Source: Callorhinchus milii (taxonomy: Eukaryota). From it: 64,000 nt of DNA. The DNA lies in contig NW_024704767.1 in the NCBI RefSeq assembly GCF_018977255.1, positions 7,068,001 to 7,132,000 of the forward strand, given 5' to 3'. Both the position numbers and the translations under genes were made by a program. The first letter of the stretch is position 1. Every line of letters begins with the position of its first letter. The notes beneath the pieces are model-generated. The model did no database searches and was not told the origin of the DNA. It saw nothing but the letters and a program-made list of their open reading frames with translations. This document shows positions 25,301 to 46,870 of the stretch, in pieces.

Positions 25301-26635
25301 ATTATAAACAGCTGAAATGTTAATGTCTATGCAAAATCCAGAAATATATCAAACAGAAATTTGAAAGGAAAATGTAACGGTGACATCTTTGCTTACACTA
25401 TAGTTTGTATGAACACTGCATATCGGAGTACAGTATTGGAACTCTTTCCAAATATAAAGGTCTTAGACGGTGAGTATTTGGTCTTTGTGAATATTGAATT
25501 TGTTTTGGTCAGCCTCTGTAGACCTAGCAAGTGTCTAAGATCACTGAGAGCAAATGAAATTGTCCTTACAAGAGAGTCTGTCAGCCTAGACACACTTTTT
25601 TTTACTACTAGTTGAAAAGAAAAATACTTATCTTTCTCTGCCAAAAAAATGCAATCAAATGATGGTCCAAGTAATTTGAAAAATTAAATAACATTAAATA
25701 TTTTAATCTGCTTTTCTCCTTCATCGTCATCTAATCCATATATGTGTATGATAAGAATGCTTCATTATTCTGGTTCAATAGGTACAATTGATTTCTGTTA
25801 TTTCACCACAGGAGAAAGGGTGTCAGGCAGGGGCAGTGACTTGTATCAGCTCTGCAAAGATATTGATGCTTCTCTAAAAGGTAAGTTATTTTGTATTGAG
25901 TAATATGGTAGTTACAAATCAACAAACAGTTTCTTTTGATGCCTAAAACAAAAATAATAATAATCCTTTTATTTGATATAATGTCTCATCGCATCATTAA
26001 AATGTTTCAAAGTGAGGAAAGACATTGTTGTTGATTTAGGGATTAAATCGTGGGACTATATCTCAAATTTTAGCATTATTCTTTCAGGATTTTGGAGAAA
26101 AATAATTATGTAACATTTAATTATGTTTCTGCTGTCTCTTCTCTCTGCAATTTTCCCAATAGGTCCCTTAATTTTCATAAAGCTACATTGCCAGTTTATA
26201 CTGAATTGTAACTATTTTAATTTTATGACAGTCTTTCCTTGTTCTTAGGATTTTACAATAATGACCTCACATGTGAATTACTTGGTCCTAAACGTTGGGT
26301 AGAGAAGGATTACTGGGAATTCAAACCAGTTCTGAGTACTGCCATTGCTGATGCTACTAAGAAGTTTTATGGTAAGGATTCACAGAGATTGTACACAGCA
26401 CTCCAATGATTAAACTACTTAACAGGTTCATGTTCAAGGAACTGCTATCAAGTTGCAACTGAAGTTTAAGCTTTGTTTAAAAAAAAGTTGTGTTCAATCT
26501 CACAATACTGCTTAAAAACTATCTTTTCCTATGTTTTTCTAATATACAGATGTTGTGAAAGAATGCCGACAGCTAAACAGCACGGCTGCTGATGCCATTG
26601 CAGTAACAAAAAGGACCCTAAATACAATGAATTAA
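19376..26635 (+). CDS. LRRC61: Leucine-rich repeat-containing protein 61, 9 coding exons, ~252 aa
   Basis: Exons 19376-19400 (tentative), 20321-20416, 21172-21318, 24739-24799, 24959-25044, 25404-25469, 25812-25880, 26249-26371, 26550-26635. All are GT-AG and phase-consistent, 759 nt ending TAA. Peptides [76 protein letters not shown] and WVEKDYWE match recalled LRRC61. An alternative in-frame ATG lies at 20311. Confidence 0.92.
19418..20008 (+). repeat. G-rich minisatellite, unit approx. GGTGGTGGTGGTGTGGGGGGGGA
   Basis: About 590 nt composed almost only of G and T, with recurring G runs separated by GGT triplets. It is the source of the poly-G/V/W and poly-P ORFs in the track. Confidence 0.95.
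22128..22395 (+). mobile_element. LINE2 3' end
   Basis: [28 protein letters not shown]-terminal peptide, then tail CAGCGCCTTGGGACGTCCTCCTGACGTGAAAGGCGCTTTATAAATG and (TTG)n. Confidence 0.85.
22460..22806 (-). mobile_element. tRNA-derived SINE, long subfamily (near full length)
   Basis: Reverse complement of the 34760 and 60697 copies. Confidence 0.8.
24198..24711. repeat. Long imperfect inverted repeat (arms ~24198-24393 and ~24515-24711) in an LRRC61 intron
   Basis: GGCACTGCAGCCATATATATCCCTGAATGA in arm 1 is the reverse complement of TCATTCAGGGATATATATGGCTGCAGTGCC in arm 2. Complementarity continues out to AATCTTTAGG / CCTAAAGATT. Confidence 0.9.
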
Positions 26636-27335
26636 AATGTGCACTTGAAACAATGGGTGGATTAATTATTGTAACCAAGAAAAATGCCTTTAAATCCATT
26701 GTCTTCAGATCAATTTGAATTTTCATAAACTCCTACTGAAGGCAAAATAAAGACCTCTTATGTTTTTTTTCCAATTGCTGCATTTGACAGATTTTTTTTC
26801 TTTGAATCTTTGCTATACAAAGATGAAATTGTATAGAAAACCTTGAAACCTACACCGATTTTAAATATGTTCCTCTACCTCATTTTCAGGAAACAGGATA
26901 GCCTTTTGCCAGTTTTACACCTTTCTAAATCCTTACTTGTTCTATTATTGCATCTTTATCACCTATTGTTATGAATAATTCAGCACAGACATTGTTGTAA
27001 TGTTTTACTACCCTGTATATTTGAGTTTAATGACTGAAATCAAACATGCATGTCTGTGCATTGTATTTATGGTGACTTTAAAAATGACCAAGCAAAATGA
27101 TAAAAAGTAAATAAATATCCTTGTGTTTTTGACTAATTAGTGAATATGCTCCAGGAAAGAGGGGTGTGTGTGGGGTGGCGGGGGGGGGGGGGAGGAGAAT
27201 GGTAAGCAGGGTCTCTTTGGAGCTGGCTCCAAGGTGATAAGCTTGAAAATGGAATGTCGGAATTAAGTTGACTCAACATTGTTGATCACAGACTAGCCAA
27301 CCTGGTTTGGTAGCAGGTCTAGATGGGGAGACTAG

Positions 27336-27659
27336 TAATAATAATAATAATCCTTGCATTTGATATAGCGCTTTTCACTTCGGGAGGACGTCCCAAAGCG
27401 CTTCACAGAACACACTGCAAAGTGAATTGACTGTATATTTGTGGGCGAACACGGCAGCCAATTGCGCACAGCAATATCCCACAAACAGTCGTAGATTGAA
27501 AATGACCAATTTATTATTGTTTTGTTTTTTTGGAGGGATTATTATTAGGCTCTGTGTGGAGTAAGGAAACTTGCCCAAGGTTTCGCCCTCTGCCTGGAAT
27601 TGAACTCAGGTCTCTCGCTTGCAAAGCGAGTGCTCTAACCACTGAGCTACAGGACTCCA
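27336..27659 (-). mobile_element. Full-length tRNA-Ala-derived SINE, short subfamily
   Basis: Reverse complement of the 17552 and 58895 copies, from head to (ATT)n tail. Confidence 0.9.
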
Positions 27660-28049
27660 CACTGAGGGCAAGGGTTATTTCCCCTTGGCTCCCGTCAACC
27701 CTGCAATCCAAAGACCTAATTGGTAGGGTGTTCCTAGCTGGACAAGCAGCTAGAAGCTTGCAGACGTGATTGAAAAGACATAGCAGTACCCCAACAAACA
27801 CTCTGAGGCCCCTAAGCCTTGACTCTAGCAAAGATACACCTAATGCACTCTGGAATTAGGTAAGCAGGGTGCGTCTTTCCAGAGGGAGAGTGCATATCCA
27901 TTCCAGACACAGAAAAGATTAAAATGCAAATTGATGTACACATGTAGAGATCTGTTTATCAAATAAATTGAGCCAAAATTTTTTTGGTAATAATCCAGGC
28001 TTCAGACCTGCCAAGACTCATTTTCAGCTAGGTGTGGTTTGTTTATTTT

Positions 28050-28605
28050 TCATTCTCATGGACTTGGAATCCGAGTCACTGCCTCGCACAGCTTCCAGTG
28101 GGCTGACCTTTCCAACTTTACCATCTCCACAAGTGGCTTCCCTTCCAGCCCACACACCATTTTGTGTGGCGTTCCTAGGGGCTTTGTCCTTGGTCCCTTC
28201 TTCTTCTTCAATATCTTTATGCTCCCTCTTGGTGACATCATCTGCAAACATGGGGTCAACTTCCACAATTGATGTTCTTCTACAATTGAACATCAATAAG
28301 ACCGAGGCTCTCCTGATTGGTTCCCGTCAGCACCTCCACACCTCAGGCGCTGACAGCATCACCATCCAAGGATGCACACTCCACCTCACTGAGCCAGTCC
28401 GGAATCCTGGCGTCTTGTTTGACCCTCAACTATCCTTTCCGTGCCATGACTCATTCTGCCTTCTCCCACCTCTGCAACATCAGCCAGCTCGGCCACTGTG
28501 TCACACCACAGGCCGCTGAGCCCCTCATACACGCATTCATAATATCCAGGCCCTACTATGCAGTCAGTCTCCCCAGCTCCCTGCATAGGCTGCAGATCAT
28601 CCGGA
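28050..28605 (+). mobile_element. LINE2-type RT fragment
   Basis: Peptides [46 protein letters not shown] and VRNPGVLFDPQLSF; homologous to the 39895-41170 copy. Confidence 0.88.
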
Positions 28606-29572
28606 ACTTATTTTTAAAAATATTTTCAGGGAAGGTTAGAGGTTAATAGAGAACTGAAATCTGCGATTTCATAATCCTTCTATTTCAAGAAGAGTATTGA
28701 GAGCCAATTAGCCACTGGACACTGGAATAATAAGGATCCTTCTTGCATTTGCTTTAGCGTATATAGTGTCTTAATTATTATGTGTGACAATAATCCTTAA
28801 TAATCCTTGCCTGTGATCCTCGCCTTATCTTGTCATCGAGAGTACTTCCAAGGCATCATGGCAGACATTTTGCATACAGTAAATGCTTCACAAACCTCCA
28901 AGAGATGATCAATTTAACCGGAGGAAGAGTGTGTGTGAGTATGTGTGTGTGGAAACACAGGGAAAAAAGAAACCCTTTCTCTTTTCAAACAGTGCAATGG
29001 GTTCTCTAAAGTCCACCTGACCACAGTCAACAACAACAACTTGCATTTTTACAGCGCCCCCTCACACAGGGTAGCGTCCCTGAACGCTTGTCAGTGGTGG
29101 AGAGAGCGGGGTGTGTGGGGTGGGGGGGCGGTGGGGCGGTGGGAAGGTGACCGTAGGCATTGCCGAACTGGAAGGTCTTGAGGCTCGACCTGAAAATGGG
29201 GAAGGAAGGGGAAGGCGGAGGGATAACGGGAGAGTATTCCAGAGTTTCGGGGGGCGTTATTTTTTTTAAAAAATTTCAAGTCGAAAAGAAAGGTTTGACT
29301 CCTCCACAGCAAAATACGGCTAAAAGCACCAACCCGGAGCCTCAGTGAGAGAGTGATTGATAGTGAGTGAGTGAAAGAGAGTGACCCCTCTCAGTGCTGT
29401 GCAGCTCCACTGAGCTCAACACCGAGGGGGAGGCGGGGCCTTGGCTGATGGTGACAGCCGCGGGGTGGGCGGGGCCATCTTGCTGACGTCAGATGATTGA
29501 CGGGAGCCGTCTCCCCTGGCAGCGGGGAGGGGGGGGGAGGCGGCAGAGAGACGAGAGCGTCGCAGCACGAGG

Positions 29573-39331
<9,759 letters not shown>

Positions 39332-39894
39332 ATCAACTTCTTGTTTGCCTCATCACGTTGGTTCAGCTCCAAAACAGAATCCTCTCACAGATAATCAACC
39401 TATAGCCCAGAAAAAAAAGGGTTTCTGTATTAGGTCTTTAAAATCTTGTGTCAGTTTGCATTCATATACAAAATCTAGAAATTGCTGTATTTAATTTCAT
39501 TCCCATGCTTTATTTATTGTTTGAAAAATGTTGATCGAGGTCCAAAGCAAAATGAGCTGCTGTTTTTTTTTAAAAAGGAAAGTTGAGGGAAAAGTTGTAC
39601 ATGAATATTTTTCATTGTTTATTTTACATTAATTTCAACAGAATAAAAGTTATTCCAAACAATTTGTTGAATTTTACTTACTCCTTGAAAAGCTAATTAA
39701 ATTTCTTTAGCCAAGAGTTAAAGTTGCTTCCCTTGTGAAGCCTTTCATGGGTATTTTAAAGAGAAAGTCTCCCTCCGAGAGCACTTTTGTTTTACGATTC
39801 CTTAGTAACCAATGCTGAACAACTTTACACTGGACCCAAGGGCTTCTGACGTCTTCTCCATGGTTACCATCAAACAACAGCCTCAAAATACCAT

Positions 39895-41170
39895 GATAAC
39901 AACAAAATGACATTTGTATAGTGCCTTTCACATCCAGAGGATGTCCCAAGGCGCTGGACAATCAGTGTTTTGGACCTGAGTTGGGGGGTCGGGATCGGGG
40001 AGGGTGGAGAATGGTGGGGAAGGAGGGTGACCGAAGGCACGGTTGAAGGTGGGTCTTGAGGCAAGGCAGGGGGCGAGGTGGAGGAACTGCGGGATGGAGT
40101 TCCAGAGCGTGGGGGCAGAGTGGCAGAAGGCCCAGCCGCCAATGGTGGGGTGGGCGAGGAGGGGGACGTGAGGGGAGGGAGCGGGCAGGTTGGTAGGGGG
40201 TTAGAATGTCAGAGATAAGGGAGGGAGTAAGGCCATGGATGGCTTTGAAGGTGAGGACCAGGATCTTGAACTGTATTCTCTGTGATGGGAAGCCAGTGGA
40301 GTCGGGCGAAGATGGTGGTGACAGGGTCGTGGAGCCCAGGGAGAGCACACGGACTGCAGAGATCAGGATGATCTGCAGTCTATGATGGGAGAAGTTGGGA
40401 GGCCAACAACAGGGAGTTTGATTAATCGATTAATTTGTGTATGAGGGTCTTGGCGGCCTGGGGTGTGAGACAGTGCGGAGCCGGGCGACATTGCACAGAT
40501 GTGGGGTAGAAAAGATAGTTGAGGATCAAACAAGACGCCAAGGCTTAGTAAGGTGGAATGTGCATTCATGGATGGTGATGCTGTCAATGCCTGAGGTGTG
40601 GAGGCGCTGATGTGAGCCAATTAGGAGGGCCTCGGTCTTGTTGACGTTCAACTGTAGAAAGTTAGCTCTGCTCCAGGACTTGGTGTCTGACAGTCAGTTT
40701 GTCAGGACAGCAGTGGTCCTGGAGTCGAGGGTGGAGGCAGAGATAGAGTTGGGTGTCATCCACGAACATGTAGAAGTTGAACCCATGTCTGCGGATGATG
40801 TTACCAAGATATTGCACATAGAATATCGATATCGAAAAGGAGGGGATCCTGAGGAACTCCGCACAAGACGGTGTGAGGGCTAGAGGAGAAGCCATTTGTG
40901 GAAATGAAGTGGACACTGCGAGGTAGGATCTGAACAATTCAAGGAGAAAACCATGAAGGTTGAAGTGAGAAGCGAGGCGGTGGAGGAGGATAGAATGGTT
41001 GGTCAATGGTATCAAAGGCAGCAGAGAGGATGAAGAGGCAGAGTGAGCTCTGGTCGCAGATGGATAACATGTCATTTGTCACTTTGACCAAAGCTGTTTC
41101 TGTGCTGTGGGCAGTAGTTTGAGAGGAGGGATGGGTCCAGGGAGGGCATTTTAAGGATAGGAGTGATGAT
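39895..41170 (-). mobile_element. LINE2-type retrotransposon 3' portion, degenerate reverse transcriptase
   Basis: Frame-shifted RT peptides NHSILLHRL, LGNIIRRHGFNFYMFVDDTQLYL (YADD region), LGVLFDPQLSFLPHI and RIQFKILVLTFKAIHGLTP, plus a 3' tail like that of the SINEs ending in (TTG)n. Confidence 0.9.
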
Positions 41171-41910
41171 AAACCAGCATGAATAGATTAGTGAAGCCAA
41201 ATGGCCAGAAAATGCAATGATAGCAATTCCTGAAACTAAAGTCAACAAAAATATAAGAAAATAATGAAATTTTCCCCATTTTGAACTTGGGAAAACATAA
41301 TTAATTCTTAACCAAACTTTTTTTTGGAAAATGTATTACAAGTCCAAGACAACAACGACCCAGAAGTGATGGAAGAAAAAGAACTGATTAAGATTGATAA
41401 TGCAGATTGAGGCAGTAATTCATCAGACCTGGGGAAGGAGCATGAAAAACTCAATTTCCTGAATTTGAAGGTGATTACTATCTGGTTCAATTGGCAGCAC
41501 ACTTGCATCTGAGTCAGAAGCTTGTGACAAATTTGGACAGTCTGGGCTGACACTCCGATGCACAGATGGGGGAGTGCACCAGAGGCACCATCCTTCATTT
41601 GTTTGTAGGACATTGCTGTGTGCATACTGGCTGCTGTGTGCTTACAAATACAGTCATTACATTTTATAGTTAATCCTATGAAGGGCTTTGAGATGTTTTG
41701 ATGACATGATAAGGCATTGAAATTTTTGCAAGGCGTCTTTGTTTTAAGATCTAGCAAGTCTGATCCTGATTTGAAGGCAATTGCTGACATCACTATCTCC
41801 ATGACAAACTGGGAGGTTGCACCTATTTTATTGTGTTGTGTAATTGCAGTGAGTTATTTTCTTAGTCTGGATTACTGCGGAAGTATAGTCTTGGGTTAAG
41901 TGCTTCCAAA

Positions 41911-44900
41911 ATGGAGCTGAAAAACATTCAGTGGTCTAAAAGTGAATACAGTCTGAACGAGTTTCGAAGAAAATTTGAAACATCTTTGCCTTAAATTATT
42001 AAAGTCACAGAGGGATTCCTGGGCCAGCAAGAAGTGGATTCAATCAGTGCTGCCACTGTAAGTGACCGTCAATAGCTTTGTTGAGTTGCATTTTCAATTT
42101 ATATATAGATTGATCTAAACATCATTTCTTTTTGCAAAGTATCAGTTTGTATTCATTCTAAAAATACTGTGAATAACATCTAATAATACTGGCATACTCT
42201 AAAGCTTTTCCTCATGTCAGGAAATCCGGCCTAGTCGGGAAACTGTAAAATTTATGTTTATAGTAGGATTAGAAAGCTTTTTTAAATAATCCATAAGTAT
42301 TCCTACAGAATTTCTGATTAAGATGATTGCTTTTCTTGAAAGTCATAATAATTCTTATCACTTTAATAAATATTTCCTTGAAACATCTTCAAATAATACT
42401 CTGAGCTACATATTCTGACTCGTTCTCTGAAACTCCATCCCAGAGTCCCTTTGATTCCCCTCACCCCTTTTTCAAGACCTCTTTTACTGTGCTTTCGGTT
42501 GTCTTTACCCTTTGAGCCCTTTCAGACATGAAAGGTGCTTCATAAATGAAAATTGTAATGTATTAATTTGTACTACGTTGGTGGCAGGAGAAAAACTGGC
42601 CTGACCTAGAGAAGGGCAATATCACTCGAGGTTACAATTTGCTTACACGGTGAAACAATATGGAAATAGGAACAAAGATCATCTGTCCCATAAACAACGA
42701 ACAAGCACAATTTAGTGAATGTTGGACTTTATCCTAACCAATCTTGTGATATATTCTCCAAAATTGACAAGGAGCTTACTGGACTGCCGTAAATCTTGCA
42801 TAAGAAAATGCATGTTACACTATACAGTATTATACACTGATCAATGTTTAAAAGAATACGAAGTGTACATGATCTAATAGTGAGTTAGAATAGTGCACTT
42901 TTGCTAGTTGTTTTTGTTGATGTTAAATTGTATGATTTTTTTCCCTCTGAAAATGGCAAATGACCCAGTACATACTGTGTCTCCTTGGTCTTATAGATCC
43001 TTCGGATTCATTGCTTACGTTCACTGAAGAGAGCAATTGCTGAATGCAAAAATGGAAAAGTGTTATCACTGCCAGTAAACTCATCGATGCTGTTTTACGC
43101 GATGGATCAAAAAACTAACAAAGAAGGTACAACACTATTTTAACAAAGAAATATTATAATTTCATCATTGAAATTAGCCATTTAACTACAATACATATGT
43201 CTATGCAATCTTTCTGTAAAAGCATTAAAATAAAATCTGACATTAATATCACTCCAGATCTAATTGTACAATTTGGTTTTGAAAGAGGTAGGGATAAGAC
43301 AGGCATAGGTGAACAAATACTCTACAGATCATAATGGTTCCTGCATTAATTAATAATAGTTCCTGCATAATTAAGCACCTGGTGAGCTTTGAATAGTATG
43401 ATTAACATTATAGAAATTTGCAAGATTGATTTTGGAATTGTGGAGAGCTTTACCTTGGCTGTTTTGTCGATAAATTAATTCCCTTGACTAGAAATAGGTA
43501 GAGTACTTGATATGGCAAAAATTGTATATATTCTAATTTCATATCTTCATAATTGAAATTAGAATTTAAATATGCATACGTTTCAATTCCTCTGTAAGAA
43601 ATACTGAAATGAAACCTCACATCATTCACTGCAGTTCTAATCCCATGATTTCCTTGTGGAATAGACTTGATGACTCATATTCTATTTTCATATATCCTTA
43701 TGTTACTTGCACAGTTGGACCGCTTACAATGGAACAGGTTTTGTTATACTTTACATTGCCTGTGAATATCAGATCTGCAGCTAACCTAACATACACAGAT
43801 ATGAGAATGAATCCCAGATTGAAGAATCAGAAACTTGGAAACCTATATGTCACACAGACATATCAACAAGAAATTCTACTGGGACACACCATAAATTCTA
43901 GTGGCAAGTATCACCTTTCGTTATGGAAATACAGTACTTGAGATTTTTCAGATTGCCATTTGCATATAATCCTCCAGGGAATATATAAATTAATTATTCT
44001 CTGAAGATTAACTCTGTTTACCATTACTCAGAAATGTAATAATGCTATGCAAAGAATTACTAACCCAAGCTGACACTCCAGCATAGTACTTTGCATTATC
44101 GTTTGGAAGAAATGTTAAACCACCGTGCCATTTGCTTGTACAGGTGAATGTTAAAATTCTATGATACTATTTGAAAAGACACAGGAATTTTACTAGTGTC
44201 TTGGACAACATTCCTCCAGATACAATAATCATTCACTTCAAAGCTGTTCCTTGCTGTGTAGAAATTAGCTGCTGCTCTTGCCTCCAGATATACAGCCACT
44301 ACACATTAATTACCTGGGAAGCACATTGAGATATATGATATCGCGCTTTTTCATGTGGTGAGAAGAGGGGGGAGGAATACCGCAAATGACTTCTTAAGAT
44401 GCCCTATAAAATGGAGTTACTGAGTATTTTGAGTGAATGTGGCAGTTAATTTGCACCCAGCAATGTCCCATAAATAGCCATGAAGTGAATGCTCAATTTT
44501 ATCAATGCACCATACCACCAGCACTGAAGCAAGAGTGCAACCAACTTAGCCAGGCTGATGCACTATATTGAAAACAAAGATATTCCCACTGCCTTATGTG
44601 TTAGTCTATAAAATTAAAGCACAGTGAGGGCAGGCTTTTACCTTCTTGGAGAATGGTTACAGCAATCCATGCTACAGGGGTTGAAAAACATCACAAAAGT
44701 ACATAGGTCTGCACTCATATAAATTAGTGGGCTTTAGCACAGATGGCCTCCATAATATGTATGGACCAGTTACATCTCAAATCAGTCTAGTTCTTTACCA
44801 AAGTGTTACCTGGACAAGTAACAACTTGCATTCTATTGCGATTTTGCTTCCATTGCGATTGCAATCCCTGATGCAAGAGCATTAGTTTCATCAAACAAGC

Positions 44901-46870
44901 AGTTTCTGTCTGTAACCACTGCAGTTCCTCATTTGATATAACCTCTGTAACTTTTTTTCAAGTGCATTCATTATTGTGTCCAATTTCAGGATGTTTACTA
45001 GTTCGGATACCTATTGTGATCCCAATGTATATGCATCAAATTAAGGTTGTTGTAGCAGAAGGATTCATGGATGATAATAAAACACAATGGAATATATGCT
45101 GCACCAATTATGATTCGATGGTCAACAATGTGGGTTTTTTGGATCATTTCATTTATCAAGGTATGTAACTTCCAACTGGAATATGGGGCTGGGGAAAGCT
45201 ATGGTGTTTAAACACTCCCTCACAAACCTAGTGAAAGCCTTTGGGTTAATAAATAAATTGATAAATGAGAACAATTAGGTGCTTATAACCTCCATTAATT
45301 GGATTTTCATTTAACATTTTATAATGTTCCCCGGATGTTACCTAGCACTCTTGCCTCTGAGTCAGGAGGTTGTGGGGTCAAGACTGTGAAGTCACAGTCG
45401 AGACTAATACTCCAAAACAGTATAAGGAGAGTGCTCAATTGTTGGGAGATGCTATCCATCAGATGAGACATTAAGCTGAAGCGTGGTCAGGTGGACATTA
45501 TAGATCCTATGGCATGAATTGAAAAAAGGGAGTTTCTCTCAGTATTATGGCTAACAGTCCCCCAGATAAAACAAGTCATCCACTTTATTGCTGTTTGTAA
45601 ATTGACTGTCATAAATTAATAATAATCCTTATATTTAGGTATAGCTCCTTTTCACATCAGGAGGACATTTCAAAGTGCTTCACAGAATATACTGTAAAAT
45701 GGAGTATTTTGTGGGCTATCAAGGCAGCCAATTTGCACCCAGCAAACTTCCATGGCCATTTGGGCCTTCAGCCTTTCTGCTCCCGCTTTCTATAGCTGCA
45801 TTCCAGAACTCCTTTGCCTTGCCCCTTTCCTCGCCTCCTTCAATATCAATCTCAAGACTTCCCTCTTTGACTGCACCTTCGGTTATCTTCCCATTTCCAA
45901 CCCCCTTGGCCCCCACCCCTCTTGAATCCAATCCCCAGCTTGGATGCAAACCCTCGACTCTCCAGTGCTTTGGGACATCCTTCTGATGTGAAAGGTGCTT
46001 TATAAATGCAATTTATTGTTGCTGTAATAATTAGTAATAAAATCATTGAAAATGTATTGAGCAAAACATATTGAAGGGGAATGGGATTAGAACAGAGCTC
46101 CAGCGAGGTTGTGAGTATCAGCAAACACACAATAGTCCAAAAGGCCTTGTTCCTTGTTGTAAACTTTCTATAAATATGCAGGTTAGATTTTAAGTATTCA
46201 TTTTAATGTAAATAATGTCAAATAATGTTAGTTAAAAAAAGAACTAAGTTGCATTTTGACTTGATTTCTACATTTTAAGTTACTATTTTTACTTTATTTT
46301 ACAGATATCACTTTGTTTGATAAAACTGAAAAAAGTCGACATGGAAATGAATACGCAGAACTTGAGCCATTGTACATCAGTCTGCAAGAATGTAAGGAGG
46401 ACAATACATATCACACACTACATTCTTATCAAAGACAAAATAAAATGCTGCCGGTACAACTTCCTGTAGAGTATCCAACTCAAGTCAATCAACAAAATAA
46501 GATACAAGAATCTCCAAAACTCAAACCAAAAGGCACCTCTCCTTTGCCTGTCTTAGCCAAAACAACAATGGACACCCAATCATTATCAAACACACCGTCT
46601 AGTACAAGCAATGTACAAATCGGCAAAACAAATAAAATTGCCACTATGAGTGATGTTCCACTGGATTTACAAACTCTGGGTGTAGATGAGATCTGTGACT
46701 GTTTGAATTTACTCAACATGAATCAGTACATTAAGGCCTTTCAGTTACAGCAGATTGATGGGACTTTGCTCTTTGACATGGACAGAGATATGATGCAGAC
46801 CACACTCAAGATGAGCAATTTTCACATTACCAAACTTACACGATTCATGAAAGGATGGAGGCCAAAATAA
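41911..46870 (+). CDS. GAREM-like adaptor (N-terminal CABIT-like domain, tyrosine-motif linker, C-terminal SAM domain); 5 exons, 400 codons, interrupted by one in-frame TAA at 41992-41994 (null allele, young pseudogene or base error)
   Basis: Exons 41911-42057, 42997-43126, 43715-43903 (GC donor), 44990-45160, 46305-46870; intron phases 0,1,1,1 join into 1203 nt. The N-terminus LKNIQWS...SLP*IIKVTEG resembles recalled GAREM1 LKDVKWS...RLPQIARLDNG, and FTLPVNI resembles RLPVNV. The C-terminal SAM (..IDGTLL..LKMSNFHITKLTRFMKGWRPK) resembles the GAREM end ..IDGNLL..FKLSKLQVKKIMQFINGWRPK. AATAAA at 47701. Confidence 0.85.
45335..45610 (+). mobile_element. Ancient DeuSINE-like element; related decayed copies near 44065-44340 (+) and 3310-3420 (-)
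   Basis: tRNA-like CTTGCCTCTGAGTCAGGAGGTTGTGGG head followed by GATGAGACATTAA..CAGGTGGACATTATAGATCCTATGGCA..GGGAGTTTCTC, resembling the recalled Deu domain. Family assignment is from memory. Confidence 0.55.

Noticed and set aside
41308-41802. 164-aa minus-strand ORF at the position expected for ACSBG1
   Set aside because: No AMP-binding or acyl-CoA synthetase motifs, and part of it is a decayed SINE tail.
42660-42737. Short ATG-initiated ORF as an alternative first exon of the GAREM-like gene
   Set aside because: Ends in TAA with no convincing donor; the 41911 exon has both family similarity and a perfect phase-0 GTAAGT donor.
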